This document shows positions 39,306 to 48,719 of a DNA stretch of 64,000 nucleotides, one piece after another. The stretch is from Trueperaceae bacterium (GTDB lineage: Bacteria > Deinococcota > Deinococci > Deinococcales > Trueperaceae): assembly GCA_965214405.1 (NCBI GenBank), contig OZ243956.1:2176001-2240000 (forward strand), given 5' to 3'. Numbering within the stretch: position 1 is the first letter of the stretch; every line of letters begins with the position of its first letter. The notes beneath the pieces were generated by a model. That model was not told the DNA's origin and searched no databases. It saw only the letters and a program-made list of their open reading frames with translations. A program made the translations under genes and the position numbers.

Positions 39306-42032
39306 ATGAGTAGCGCGTCCGTAAAGAAGACAGAAGCAGAAGTCCGCGAACGGTTTAGGGGGCTGCGCGATGATGTAGATTTCTTAGGCAGCGCCTTGGG
39401 AACGGTGATGCGAGAACTCGAGGGCGAAAGGTTCTTCAACCTTGTCGAGCGGGTGCGCGCGCTTACCAAGGGTCTAAGGGCCGAACCCGATGCGGAGGGG
39501 CGCGAGGAGTTGAAAGACCTGCTCTCGAGCCTCAGCCTAAACGAAGCCGAAAAACTCCTCCGGGCCTTTACCGTCTACTTCCAACTCATCAACCTGGCCG
39601 AAGAAATCCACCGCGTGCGCGTGAACAGGTTGCGCGAAGGGGAGGCGACCTTAGAGCACCCACGTTCCGAGTCGGTGGCGGCGGCGGTCAAGTCGCTTAA
39701 AAGTGGCGGCTGGTCTTTCGAGGAGGCGCGGCGCTTTATCGAGACCCTGGACATCCAGCTCACCCTGACCGCACACCCCACCGAGGTCAAGCGCACCACG
39801 GTCCGGCTCAAGCTCGAGCGCGTCGCCTCCGCCTTACGCCAGCGCGGCGAGCGCGACCTCTCGCCCGGGGCGTTAGGGAGGCTCGAGGAGGAAATCCTGG
39901 CCGAAATCGCCACGCTGTGGGAGACGCGCGAGCTTTTCTCGCAAAAACCGAGCGTGGTGGACGAGGTCAAGGGGGCGCTTTACTACTTCCGGCGCTCCCT
40001 GCTCGAGGCGGTGCCGACGCTCATGCTCGATTTGGAGGGCGCGCTGGCGCTCTATTACAAAGACGAATCTGAGAACGGGCGCGCGCCGCTGCCGCCCGTG
40101 GTTCGCTTCCGCTCCTGGATAGGCGGCGACCGCGACGGTAACCCCTTTGTGACCCCACCGACCACCGCCGAGGCGTACCGTTTGCAATCGCTCCTGGCGT
40201 TGGAGCGGCATATATTAGATGTAGACGCGCTCGTGCAAAGGCTGTCGCAGTGGGAAGCTCGAGTAGAACTGACGGAAGCTTTTAAGGAGGATTTGGCGGC
40301 ATTAGAAGCCGAGCAGGGCGGGCCTGAACGTTTTGCGGAGGAACCCTACCGCCAGAAGCTTTTTTACATGCACCGCGCCTTGACTCATGAACGCGAGAAC
40401 GGCGCGGGCGAGTACACGGCGGAGGATTACCTGCGCGACCTGTCGCTTATTGAGGAGACGCTGCGGGGGGGTGGGGACGCTCGCGCGGCGGCCTTCGTGC
40501 GCCCGGACCGCTACCGGGTGGCGGCCTTTGGCTTTCACTTGGCGGCCTTGGATTTGCGCGAGCATTCCGAGGTTCACGAGGCGGCGATGGCCGACCTTCT
40601 GCGCTACGCGGGTGTGTGTGAAGACTACGCGGCGCTCTCAGAGCCTGAGCGGGTGGAACTGCTGGCGGCGGAACTCGCCTCCAAACGTCCCCTCGCCCCA
40701 CCCGACGCGCCTTTAGAGGAACCCACGCGGCGGGCGCTCGCGGCCCTCGCCGTATTCCGGCGCGTGAGAGCGCACTACGGTCCGGAGGCCACGGGTAGCT
40801 ACATCGTCTCGATGACGGAAGGGGTGTCGGACGTGCTCGAGCCCCTCGTCCTTGCCAAGCAGGCGGGCTTGAGCGACATCGACGCGACGCCCCTTTTTGA
40901 GACGGTGGCGGATTTGGAGGCCGCGCCGGGAGTCTTGCGCGAACTCTTCGCCCTGCCCGTCTACCGTGAACACCTCGAGCGGCGCGGCGTTCAAGAGGTG
41001 ATGATTGGCTATTCTGACTCGAACAAGGACGCGGGCTTTTTGGCCGCCAACTGGGCGCTTTATGAGGCGCAGGAGGGCGTGGCGGCGACTTGCCGCGAGG
41101 CGGGGGTGCCGCTGCGGCTCTTTCACGGGCGCGGCACCTCGATTGGGCGCGGCGGCGGACCCACGGGTCAGGCGATTCTGGCGCAGCCCCCCGGCTCGCT
41201 GGGCGGGCGGATGCGGCTGACCGAGCAGGGCGAGGCGATGAGCGACCGCTACGCCGACCCCGATTTGGCGCACCGGCATTTGGAACAAGTTGCACACGCC
41301 TTCATCCTCTCGTCGGCTCGAGACGCGCGCGGCCCCGTGCAGGAGGTGCCGGAGCGCTACCGTGAGGCGTTAAAAAGGGCGGCGGGGGCGGCCAAGGCAC
41401 GGTATCGGGGGCTGCTCGAGGAGGACGGCTTTCTTGACTTCTATCACACCGTCACGCCCATCGAAGAGATTTCGCGGCTCAATGTGGGCTCGAGGCCCGC
41501 GCGGCGCGGCGGGGAACGTTCGCTCTCGGGCTTGCGCGCGATTCCTTGGGTGTTCTCCTGGACGCAGTGCCGCGCCAACCTGCCGGGCTGGTACGGGCTC
41601 GGGAGCGGGCTCTCTCAGATAGACGACGCATTGCTAAAAGATATGTACGGCGACTGGCCCTTTTTCAAAACTGTCATCGACTTTGCCCAGATGAGCTTAG
41701 CCAAGGCGGACCTAGGGGTGTTTGAAACGTACTTAGAACTCATCTCCGAACCCTTGCGCGATACGTTCTGGCCGATGATTCGAGAGGAGTACGGGCTCAG
41801 CCTCGAGGCGGTGGGGCGCGCGACGGGCGGGGGGCTGCTCGAGAACGACCCCACCTTAGAGCGCACCATCGCCCTCCGTAACCCTTATGTGGACCCCATT
41901 TCCTACTTGCAGGTAGAACTCTTGAGGCGCCTGCGCACGCTGCCTGAAGAGGATTTGGAGCGTGAAGGGCTCGAGTACGCGGTACTGGTGAGCCTGCTCG
42001 GGGTGGCGGCGGGTATGCGTAATACCGGCTGA
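39306..42032 (+). CDS. ppc: Phosphoenolpyruvate carboxylase
   Basis: TAHPTE, WIGGDRDGNP, MIGYSDSNKD, FHGRG..IGRGG, LRAIPW, MRNTG. Confidence 0.97.
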   Translation: MSSASVKKTEAEVRERFRGLRDDVDFLGSALGTVMRELEGERFFNLVERVRALTKGLRAEPDAEGREELKDLLSSLSLNEAEKLLRAFTVYFQLINLAEEIHRVRVNRLREGEATLEHPRSESVAAAVKSLKSGGWSFEEARRFIETLDIQLTLTAHPTEVKRTTVRLKLERVASALRQRGERDLSPGALGRLEEEILAEIATLWETRELFSQKPSVVDEVKGALYYFRRSLLEAVPTLMLDLEGALALYYKDESENGRAPLPPVVRFRSWIGGDRDGNPFVTPPTTAEAYRLQSLLALERHILDVDALVQRLSQWEARVELTEAFKEDLAALEAEQGGPERFAEEPYRQKLFYMHRALTHERENGAGEYTAEDYLRDLSLIEETLRGGGDARAAAFVRPDRYRVAAFGFHLAALDLREHSEVHEAAMADLLRYAGVCEDYAALSEPERVELLAAELASKRPLAPPDAPLEEPTRRALAALAVFRRVRAHYGPEATGSYIVSMTEGVSDVLEPLVLAKQAGLSDIDATPLFETVADLEAAPGVLRELFALPVYREHLERRGVQEVMIGYSDSNKDAGFLAANWALYEAQEGVAATCREAGVPLRLFHGRGTSIGRGGGPTGQAILAQPPGSLGGRMRLTEQGEAMSDRYADPDLAHRHLEQVAHAFILSSARDARGPVQEVPERYREALKRAAGAAKARYRGLLEEDGFLDFYHTVTPIEEISRLNVGSRPARRGGERSLSGLRAIPWVFSWTQCRANLPGWYGLGSGLSQIDDALLKDMYGDWPFFKTVIDFAQMSLAKADLGVFETYLELISEPLRDTFWPMIREEYGLSLEAVGRATGGGLLENDPTLERTIALRNPYVDPISYLQVELLRRLRTLPEEDLEREGLEYAVLVSLLGVAAGMRNTG

Positions 42033-42261
42033 GGCGTCTAAACGGGGTAGGGTAGCTGCGGTATGCAGAAAGCCATGTGTGAAGCTCCTCTCATGCGCCT
42101 AAACCGCGCACGCCTTACCATATGTTTAGTTATGTTTTTACGAGGGTTGAGAAACTTTACAAATTTGAATGTGGGCTTACGCTCATGGCGGAGGAAGGTT
42201 CCGCTGAGGGCGCTTTTATGACCTCACGGCTCACGGCTGAACGGTACGGCGGGGAGCATCT

Positions 42262-42936
42262 ATGAATCTTATTCTGGCGGGCGGTCCGGTTCTCATCGCC
42301 ATTCTCATCGTGTCGCTCTACGCGCTCTACCTCTTTTTCGAGCGGCTTCAGAAGCTCGGGCGCGAGCGCGTCGAGGCGGATAGGCTCATGCTCCGGGTGA
42401 ACGCGGCGGTGCGCGACCGCGACTTGGAGGCCGCGCTGAGCGCCTGCGAGAACCACGGCGGGCCGGTGGCGAGGGTGCTCAAGTCGGCCCTATTAAGGCT
42501 CCCTTACGGGCGTTCGGCGGTCGAGGCGGCCTTTCAGGAGGCCTCGTTGGAGGAGGAGCAGCGCCTCACCAAGGGCTTGAGGCCGCTGGCAACCATCGCG
42601 CAAATCGCGCCGCTCTTGGGGCTGTTGGGCACGGTGACAGGCATGATCATCGCCTTTAGCGAGATTTCGCAGCAGGGCACGGGCAATCCCGCCGCCTTGG
42701 CCGACGGCATCGGTCAGGCGCTCGTGACCACGGCGGCGGGGCTTATCGTCGCCATCCCGACTTTGATTGGTCACAACTACTTGGCGAACCGGGTCGACAA
42801 CATCCTTATCGAGATCGACCGCCGCCGCGAGGAGCTGATGGGCAACGTGGTGCAGGTCGTGAGCGCGCGCCGCGAGGAGCGCGGCGGGCCGGTCAACTTG
42901 CGAGAGGACGTGTATGAGCCGCTCAAGACGTCTTAG
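42262..42936 (+). CDS. MotA/TolQ/ExbB proton channel protein
   Basis: APLLGLLGTV.GMI and ALVTTAAGL. Confidence 0.93.
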   Translation: MNLILAGGPVLIAILIVSLYALYLFFERLQKLGRERVEADRLMLRVNAAVRDRDLEAALSACENHGGPVARVLKSALLRLPYGRSAVEAAFQEASLEEEQRLTKGLRPLATIAQIAPLLGLLGTVTGMIIAFSEISQQGTGNPAALADGIGQALVTTAAGLIVAIPTLIGHNYLANRVDNILIEIDRRREELMGNVVQVVSARREERGGPVNLREDVYEPLKTS

Positions 42937-43327
42937 CCGCGCGATGCGCAAAGACCTCTCGCTCGACCTCACGCCGATGGTCGACGTGGTCTTTTTGCTC
43001 ATTATCTTTTTTATGGTGTCAACGACCTTTATCACGCTCGAGTCCGGCCTCCCCGTCGAACTACCCGCCTCACAGACGAGCGAGGCGCAGAGTTCAGACC
43101 TGCCCACCGTTACGGTAAGCCGCGATGGTCAGATTTTTGTCGCGGGCACCGAAGTGAGTGAGGACAACCTTGTGGACACGCTTAGGGGGGTGCTGGCGGA
43201 AAGCGGCGGCGACACGGTGGTCCTGCGCGCCGACCAGTCCGTCCAGTACGGGCTGCCCGTGCGGGTGATGAGCCTTATCCAGGAGGCGGGCGCGCGTAAC
43301 ATTGCCATTGCGACGGGCGGGGGCTAG
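42914..43327 (+). CDS. ExbD/TolR protein
   Basis: LTPMVDVVFLLIIFFMV with the conserved Asp; VVLRAD. Confidence 0.93.
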   Translation: MSRSRRLSRAMRKDLSLDLTPMVDVVFLLIIFFMVSTTFITLESGLPVELPASQTSEAQSSDLPTVTVSRDGQIFVAGTEVSEDNLVDTLRGVLAESGGDTVVLRADQSVQYGLPVRVMSLIQEAGARNIAIATGGG

Positions 43328-43401
43328 ATCTCACGATAATGTTTTATAAAAACGTCTTAATAACGGTGCTTTCGCCCACACGCTGATAGAGTGACGAAAC
43401 T

Positions 43402-45924
43402 ATGACGACTGAAGAATTTAACAGGGGGCGGGTAAGGGTCTACAAGAGCTTCTGGGGCGACCCGGACAAGCGGCGGGCGCTCCTGCTGTCGCTGTTTATC
43501 CACCTTGCCGCGCTCTTCTTGCTCGTGTGGTTTGTGGTTTTGCCCCAGACGAGGCCCAGAGAAACCTTTATCGTCATCAACGTGGGCACGCCCGAAGCCG
43601 CCGAGACGCCCACCGACGCGCCTACCGCCGAAGCGCCCACGCCGCCCGCGCCGACCCCGCAGGTCGAAGCGCCCGAGGCGCAGGCAAACGTGCCGGAGCC
43701 GCAAGCACAGGATGCGCCCACGCAAGAGGCGAGCGTAGCGGAAACGCCCCCACCAGAAACAACGCCAGCGGAAACAACGCCTCCGACGGAAACAACTCCG
43801 GCACCTCCTCCAGCGCCGCCCGCAGCCGCCCAGACGGACGTGGCTGCTACGCCTCCACCTGCACCGCCTACGCCCGAGGCTCGAGCCCCGGCCCCCACCG
43901 CTGAAGCCCCCGCGCCCGCCAGCGCCGCGCTGCCCGAGGTGGACGAGGTGCAGCTCGAGCCTACCCCGCTCGCCCCTGCCGTGCCCCTCCCCACGCCCAA
44001 CATTACCGCCGAAGCGCCGCCCGCGCGCCTTGTCACGCCAACGCCTAATGTTGAGGTTGCGCCCACGCGTACGGTGCCGCAGCCGCAGATAGAAATGGCG
44101 GTGGCGTCCGAAGCGCCGCTACCTGAACCGCAGATAGCAACCACGGTGGCGACGGCGCAGCCTTTGCCAGAACCTCAGATTGAGACGTCGGTCGCTCGAG
44201 CGGTGCCCCAACCATCCATCGAAACCTCCGTGGCGTCCGAGAGGGCGGTGCCCCAGCCCCAAGTGGAAACATCCGTGGTGGCTGAGAGCGTGATACCGCA
44301 GCCTCAAGTTGATGTAGACGTTCCCCTGCGGACGGTGCCGCAGCCGCAGGTCGAGACGTCTGTTGCCTCTGCGCGTGCGCTGCCCCAGCCCCAAGTTGAG
44401 GCTACCGTGGCGGCGGCGCAGCCTTTGCCTCAGCCCGAGGTAGACACCGCAGTGGCGGCGGCCCGTCCCCTGCCCGAGCCTCAAATCGAAACGTCGGTCG
44501 CTCGAGCGGTGCCGCAGCCGCAAGTCGAGACGTCCGTGACCGCCGCGCGCGAGACGCCTCAGCCCCAAATCGAGACTTCTGTAGCCGCCGCGCAGCCCCT
44601 GCCCCAGCCGCAGATTGAAGCGTCGGCGGCACCCGAGCAGGCGCTGCCGCAACCTCAGGTAGAAACCGCGGTCGCCGCGGCTCAGGCGCTACCGCAACCC
44701 CAGCCGCAGCTCGAGGTCGCCACGGCCCAACCCGTCCCAAACCCCGAGGTCGCGGTGGAGGTTGACCGCTTCGCGCTCGCCGCGGCTGCTGCTGAGGCCG
44801 CGGCGCAGGAAGCGCGGCCTGTGCCAACCCCTCAAGTCGCGGTCGATGTTGACCGTTTTGCGCTCGCCGCCCAAGCGGCTGCGCAAGCGGCTGCGGAAGC
44901 CGCCTCACAACCGACAGCGGAGTCCGCTCCCGCACCTCAAGCCCCGCCAACGCAGAGCCTTGCAAGCGCCGAAGGGGAAACAGGCGGCGACGCGCCTCAG
45001 GCGGGCCAGACCACTGCCCAGCCGCAGGCGGAAGCCTCGGCTCTGGGTGCGGCGGCCGCACCTGACAGTCAAACCCCAACGGGCGCGCCGCCGCTCGAGA
45101 CCTACCGCACCGAGCGCTCCCAGCCGCTAGCCGTGCTTATTGACAACGTGAACGGCTATCCGCAGTCGGGCTTGAGCGAAGCCTCTGCCATCTTTGAGAT
45201 GCCCGTCGAGGGTGGATTAACCCGCCTCATGACCGTGTATGACCGCGCGGACCCCGGTCCGGTGGGACCCGTGCGCAGCGCCCGCGACTACTTCGTCGAG
45301 CTCGCGCGGAACCTGGGCGGCGTGCTCGTTCACGACGGCGGCTCGCCCGCGGCGATTACCGACATCGCCCGGACGCGCACCCGGACCTTTAACGCCTTTG
45401 ACCGGGGTGACCTCTTCTCGCGCGCGCCGGGCCGGAGCGCCCCCTATAACCTCTACTCGAGCGGCGGCTCCTTGCGCGACGCGGTCAACCGACTCTCCCT
45501 GGGCGGCCCCCAAACGGTCGAGGGCGAAATTTACCAGCCAAGTGACGAAGCCGAGGCGGCGGGGGAGGTGTCGGTAGCGTTTTCGGGGGCGTACTCGAGC
45601 GGCTTCCGCTACCTCCCCGAACTCAACCTCTACCGCTGGCAACGCATGGGGCAGGACGCCAGCGACGCCTCGGGTGACGCGGTGGTGGTGGACGCAGTGG
45701 TGGTGGCGCGCATCATCGCCCAACCCCAGCCCAACGACCCGGAGGGGCGACTTTACATCCCGCTACGCGGCGGCGACGCGACGCTCTACTTGCGCGGCAA
45801 GGAAATTACGGGCACCTGGACACCCGAAAACGGCTTTACCTTTATTGGCGAAGATGGCCCCATCGACCTCACGCCCTTTAAGCACTGGGTCATGTTCGTG
45901 CCCGTGGGGGCGGAGGTTTCCTAA
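43402..45924 (+). CDS. TonB/TolA-like anchored Pro-rich stalk fused to a C-terminal DUF3048 (YerB-like) domain
   Basis: TM LLLSLFIHLAAL (SxxxH); about 500-aa P/A/E/Q-rich linker; PLAVLIDN..PQSGL..E.PVEGGLTR..GPVRSARDYF..H.GGS. Confidence 0.8.
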   Translation: MTTEEFNRGRVRVYKSFWGDPDKRRALLLSLFIHLAALFLLVWFVVLPQTRPRETFIVINVGTPEAAETPTDAPTAEAPTPPAPTPQVEAPEAQANVPEPQAQDAPTQEASVAETPPPETTPAETTPPTETTPAPPPAPPAAAQTDVAATPPPAPPTPEARAPAPTAEAPAPASAALPEVDEVQLEPTPLAPAVPLPTPNITAEAPPARLVTPTPNVEVAPTRTVPQPQIEMAVASEAPLPEPQIATTVATAQPLPEPQIETSVARAVPQPSIETSVASERAVPQPQVETSVVAESVIPQPQVDVDVPLRTVPQPQVETSVASARALPQPQVEATVAAAQPLPQPEVDTAVAAARPLPEPQIETSVARAVPQPQVETSVTAARETPQPQIETSVAAAQPLPQPQIEASAAPEQALPQPQVETAVAAAQALPQPQPQLEVATAQPVPNPEVAVEVDRFALAAAAAEAAAQEARPVPTPQVAVDVDRFALAAQAAAQAAAEAASQPTAESAPAPQAPPTQSLASAEGETGGDAPQAGQTTAQPQAEASALGAAAAPDSQTPTGAPPLETYRTERSQPLAVLIDNVNGYPQSGLSEASAIFEMPVEGGLTRLMTVYDRADPGPVGPVRSARDYFVELARNLGGVLVHDGGSPAAITDIARTRTRTFNAFDRGDLFSRAPGRSAPYNLYSSGGSLRDAVNRLSLGGPQTVEGEIYQPSDEAEAAGEVSVAFSGAYSSGFRYLPELNLYRWQRMGQDASDASGDAVVVDAVVVARIIAQPQPNDPEGRLYIPLRGGDATLYLRGKEITGTWTPENGFTFIGEDGPIDLTPFKHWVMFVPVGAEVS
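44071..44760 (+). repeat. About 15 degenerate 13-15 aa coding repeats ([VL]PQPQ[VI]ETSVA...)
   Basis: Repeats read directly from the translation. Confidence 0.85.
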
Positions 45925-46066
45925 GTGTCTGCGTCATAAGGATGCTGGGGGAGTCCTAAGGGGAGAGTAAAAAGCAAAGTCGAAAGCTTTCTAGGCTTTC
46001 GTTAGTTACTCTCTCCAAATCCTTTATATGCTCCTTGCTACCTGAAGCAGTGTCGGTTTTTCGCGT

Positions 46067-46837
46067 TTAGCGCCGGACGAGTTCGTCGAAGACGAGGCCG
46101 CGCATTTTGAGGCGGTAGCTCGAGTCGTCTACGTCAATCTCTAAGTAAGCGTACTCGTCGCCGTGGCCGTTGGTGTCGAGCAGGAGCGCGCGGCCCCGCG
46201 AGGCAAAGTTGACCCCGCCGCGCACCGGGGTGTGGCCGTAGACGCCCATGCGGTAGGGCGTATTGACCAGAAAATCGCGCTCCTCATAAATCCAGCGGCG
46301 GCGGTTCTCTAGGTAAAACGCGTTGTCGTAGCGGTTGTGTTCTGGCAGCGGGCCAACGTGCGCAAAGTGGACGCCCTCAATAACTTTCTCAAAAGGCCAG
46401 CTCTCCATCCAGGCGCGCAGCTCGTCGGGGAGCGCTCGCCCCTCTTTCCACTCGAGGTGCGAGACCTCGTCGGTGCGTAAAGGGCCTTGAGTAGGCGTGA
46501 CGGCGTTAAAGTCGTGGTTGCCCATCAAAATGACCATGCGCCCCGCAGGCAGCGCGTCATAAAATCTTTTTACCTCCCACAAAAAAACCTCCTGCGCCTC
46601 TTCCGCCTTGCGCCGGTGCTCAGGGGTGTATTCGTCGTAGCGGCTCGCGTGCGTAAGCTCGGCGTAGCGCTCGCGGCTCTTGGCGTGAACGAGGTCGCCC
46701 AGCAAGATGAGTTTGGTGTCGGGGTCTTTCAGGCGTTCTGTGGGCGCGTTTGCCTCGTCGGCGAGACCCGCCTCGCGTAACATCGTCCAAAATTTAGCTC
46801 GTTGTGCGTGAATGTCTCCGATGACGGTCAGGTGCAA
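46067..46837 (-). CDS. Calcineurin-like metallophosphoesterase
   Basis: IGDIH, LGDLV, GNHD, GHTP, LDT. Confidence 0.85.
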   Translation of the reverse strand: MHLTVIGDIHAQRAKFWTMLREAGLADEANAPTERLKDPDTKLILLGDLVHAKSRERYAELTHASRYDEYTPEHRRKAEEAQEVFLWEVKRFYDALPAGRMVILMGNHDFNAVTPTQGPLRTDEVSHLEWKEGRALPDELRAWMESWPFEKVIEGVHFAHVGPLPEHNRYDNAFYLENRRRWIYEERDFLVNTPYRMGVYGHTPVRGGVNFASRGRALLLDTNGHGDEYAYLEIDVDDSSYRLKMRGLVFDELVRR

Positions 46838-46885
46838 AGTAGGTCTCCAGTAGGTTTCTAAGGCCAGTTTACCCCCTGAGAGGGG

Positions 46886-48637
46886 CTAAAGGGTGAGTTT
46901 ATGAGGCTGTGTATGGTTTTGTGTGACGCTCAAGGCATCCTGTCCAGGCGAACTTAGCCTGAGTTTTCCGCGAACGGGCTCGAGTTCCCCATACTCCACA
47001 AGCTCGTTTAACAACGCGCGAATCTCTTCGGGTTGCCAGTGGGCCAGCGCGCCCTTTTGCAACGCCCGAACCGCCCCTTCCAGAGGCTGCGGGTGACGCG
47101 AAAGAAGGTGCAGCGCGGCGCGGTCGTCGTCGCTCAGGGGCGGGCGCGCGGGTCGGCAGCGGTCGCAGCCGCACGAGGGGTCGGAGCTGGCGTTGTCGCC
47201 AAAATACTCGAGCAGCATTTCCCGCCTGCACCGCGCTCGCTCGGCGTAAGCGTGCGCCGCCTCTAACAGCGCGTAGCGTCGTTGCGTGTGGGCCTCGAGC
47301 CTGCGCATGTCAAAGGCGGGCACCTTCCGGTCGTAAGGCGGCAGCAGCGTCGCCTCCAGCATCCCCGTTTCGGGTTGAAAGGGCGCTAAAACTTCCTCCT
47401 CCACGAGCGCCGTGAGACCCTGCCGCACCTTGCCGACGCTCAGTCCAAGGTCACGTGCTAAGTTTCTCACCTTGAGTGTGGCTCCCGCCCCTTGCCGCAG
47501 CGCCAGGTAGAGCTTTTTTAGGTCGAGCGCGCTGGGGCTTGAGCTTTCCACCAGCCACGCCTGGAGCGCCCGGTCCTCGGGCGTATAGAGAAGCGTCGTC
47601 ACGGCCCTCTCGCCGTCGCGCCCGGCGCGGCCCGCTTCTTGGTAGAGGGACTCTAAGGTGCCCGGCAGCCGGTAGTGAATCACAAAGCGCACGTCGGGTT
47701 TATCGACGCCCATCCCAAAGGCGCTCGTCGCCACCACCACGCGCAGCCGCCCCCCCATAAACGCGTCTTGCACCGCGCGGCGCGTTTGGGCGTCCTGACC
47801 TCCGTGGTAGGGGGCGCAGGGCAAACCCCAGGACGTTACCCACGCGCTCACCTCCTCGGCGTCCTGCCGGGTGCCCACATAAATAAGACCCGAGACGAGA
47901 CCTATTCCCTCTCCTTCTGTCAGTAGCGCCTTGAGTTTGCCCGCCTTGGCGCTCGGCCCCGCCACCCTTAGCACGCGGTAGGCGAGGTTGGGACGCTCGA
48001 AGCCGGTGTTGACCCGCACGGGCTGGGTAAGTCCCAACGTCGTAATGATGTCCTCTTGCACCCTGGGCGTCGCCGTGGCGGTGAGCGCGGTCACGGGCGG
48101 CGTGCCGCGTTCTTCAGAGCTACCGTCAAGGCTGGTTCTAAGCTCGCAGCGGGCGCGGCTTAGCAGACGGTAGTCCGGTCTAAAATCGTGGCCCCATTCG
48201 GAGAGGCAGTGCGCTTCATCGACCACGAGTCGACTCACCGCCACCCGGTCGAACACGCCTCGAGACACAAGGGACACGAGTCGTTCTGGAGAAAGGTAGA
48301 GCAGCTTGAGGCGCGGCAAGTTGATGAGCACCCGTTTCTGTTCCTCCTCGCTCAGCGCGCTGTTGAGCGCCGCCGCGGAGATGCCCCGCCGGACGAGCGC
48401 CTCGACCTGGTCTTGCATAAGCGCGATAAGAGGACTTGCGACGAGGGTGAGGCCGGGCGCTGAAAGCGCAGGAAGCTGATAAGTCAACGACTTGCCCGCG
48501 CCCGTGGGCATCACGGCGAGCACATCCCGACCTTCTGAAGCCGCCTTGATGACCTCTTCTTGACCCCGCCGAAAGCTGCGGAAGCCGAAGTGCGCCTCGA
48601 GGAGCATGACAGGACTGGTCACGACAGGGTCGGTCAC
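46886..48637 (-). CDS. recQ: RecQ family ATP-dependent DNA helicase
   Basis: MPTGAGKS, DEAHC..WGHDFRP, TATAT, QEAGRAGRD, zinc-binding CRR...CDRC; no HRDC evident. Confidence 0.92.
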   Translation of the reverse strand: MTDPVVTSPVMLLEAHFGFRSFRRGQEEVIKAASEGRDVLAVMPTGAGKSLTYQLPALSAPGLTLVASPLIALMQDQVEALVRRGISAAALNSALSEEEQKRVLINLPRLKLLYLSPERLVSLVSRGVFDRVAVSRLVVDEAHCLSEWGHDFRPDYRLLSRARCELRTSLDGSSEERGTPPVTALTATATPRVQEDIITTLGLTQPVRVNTGFERPNLAYRVLRVAGPSAKAGKLKALLTEGEGIGLVSGLIYVGTRQDAEEVSAWVTSWGLPCAPYHGGQDAQTRRAVQDAFMGGRLRVVVATSAFGMGVDKPDVRFVIHYRLPGTLESLYQEAGRAGRDGERAVTTLLYTPEDRALQAWLVESSSPSALDLKKLYLALRQGAGATLKVRNLARDLGLSVGKVRQGLTALVEEEVLAPFQPETGMLEATLLPPYDRKVPAFDMRRLEAHTQRRYALLEAAHAYAERARCRREMLLEYFGDNASSDPSCGCDRCRPARPPLSDDDRAALHLLSRHPQPLEGAVRALQKGALAHWQPEEIRALLNELVEYGELEPVRGKLRLSSPGQDALSVTQNHTQPHKLTL

Positions 48638-48719
48638 GGTTGCGCCACCCTACAGCGGGACGGCGAAAACGTGATATCTAAGGCTTCACAGTTTGGATTT
48701 TGACTTATGGCTCTACAAG

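Noticed and set aside
43333..43360. AT-rich palindrome GTTTTATAAAAAC as a Fur-like box
   Set aside because: Only a partial match to the Fur consensus and a single occurrence.
43440..45079. Several long minus-strand ORFs (Gly/Ala- or Arg-rich)
   Set aside because: Shadows of the Pro-rich repeat gene.
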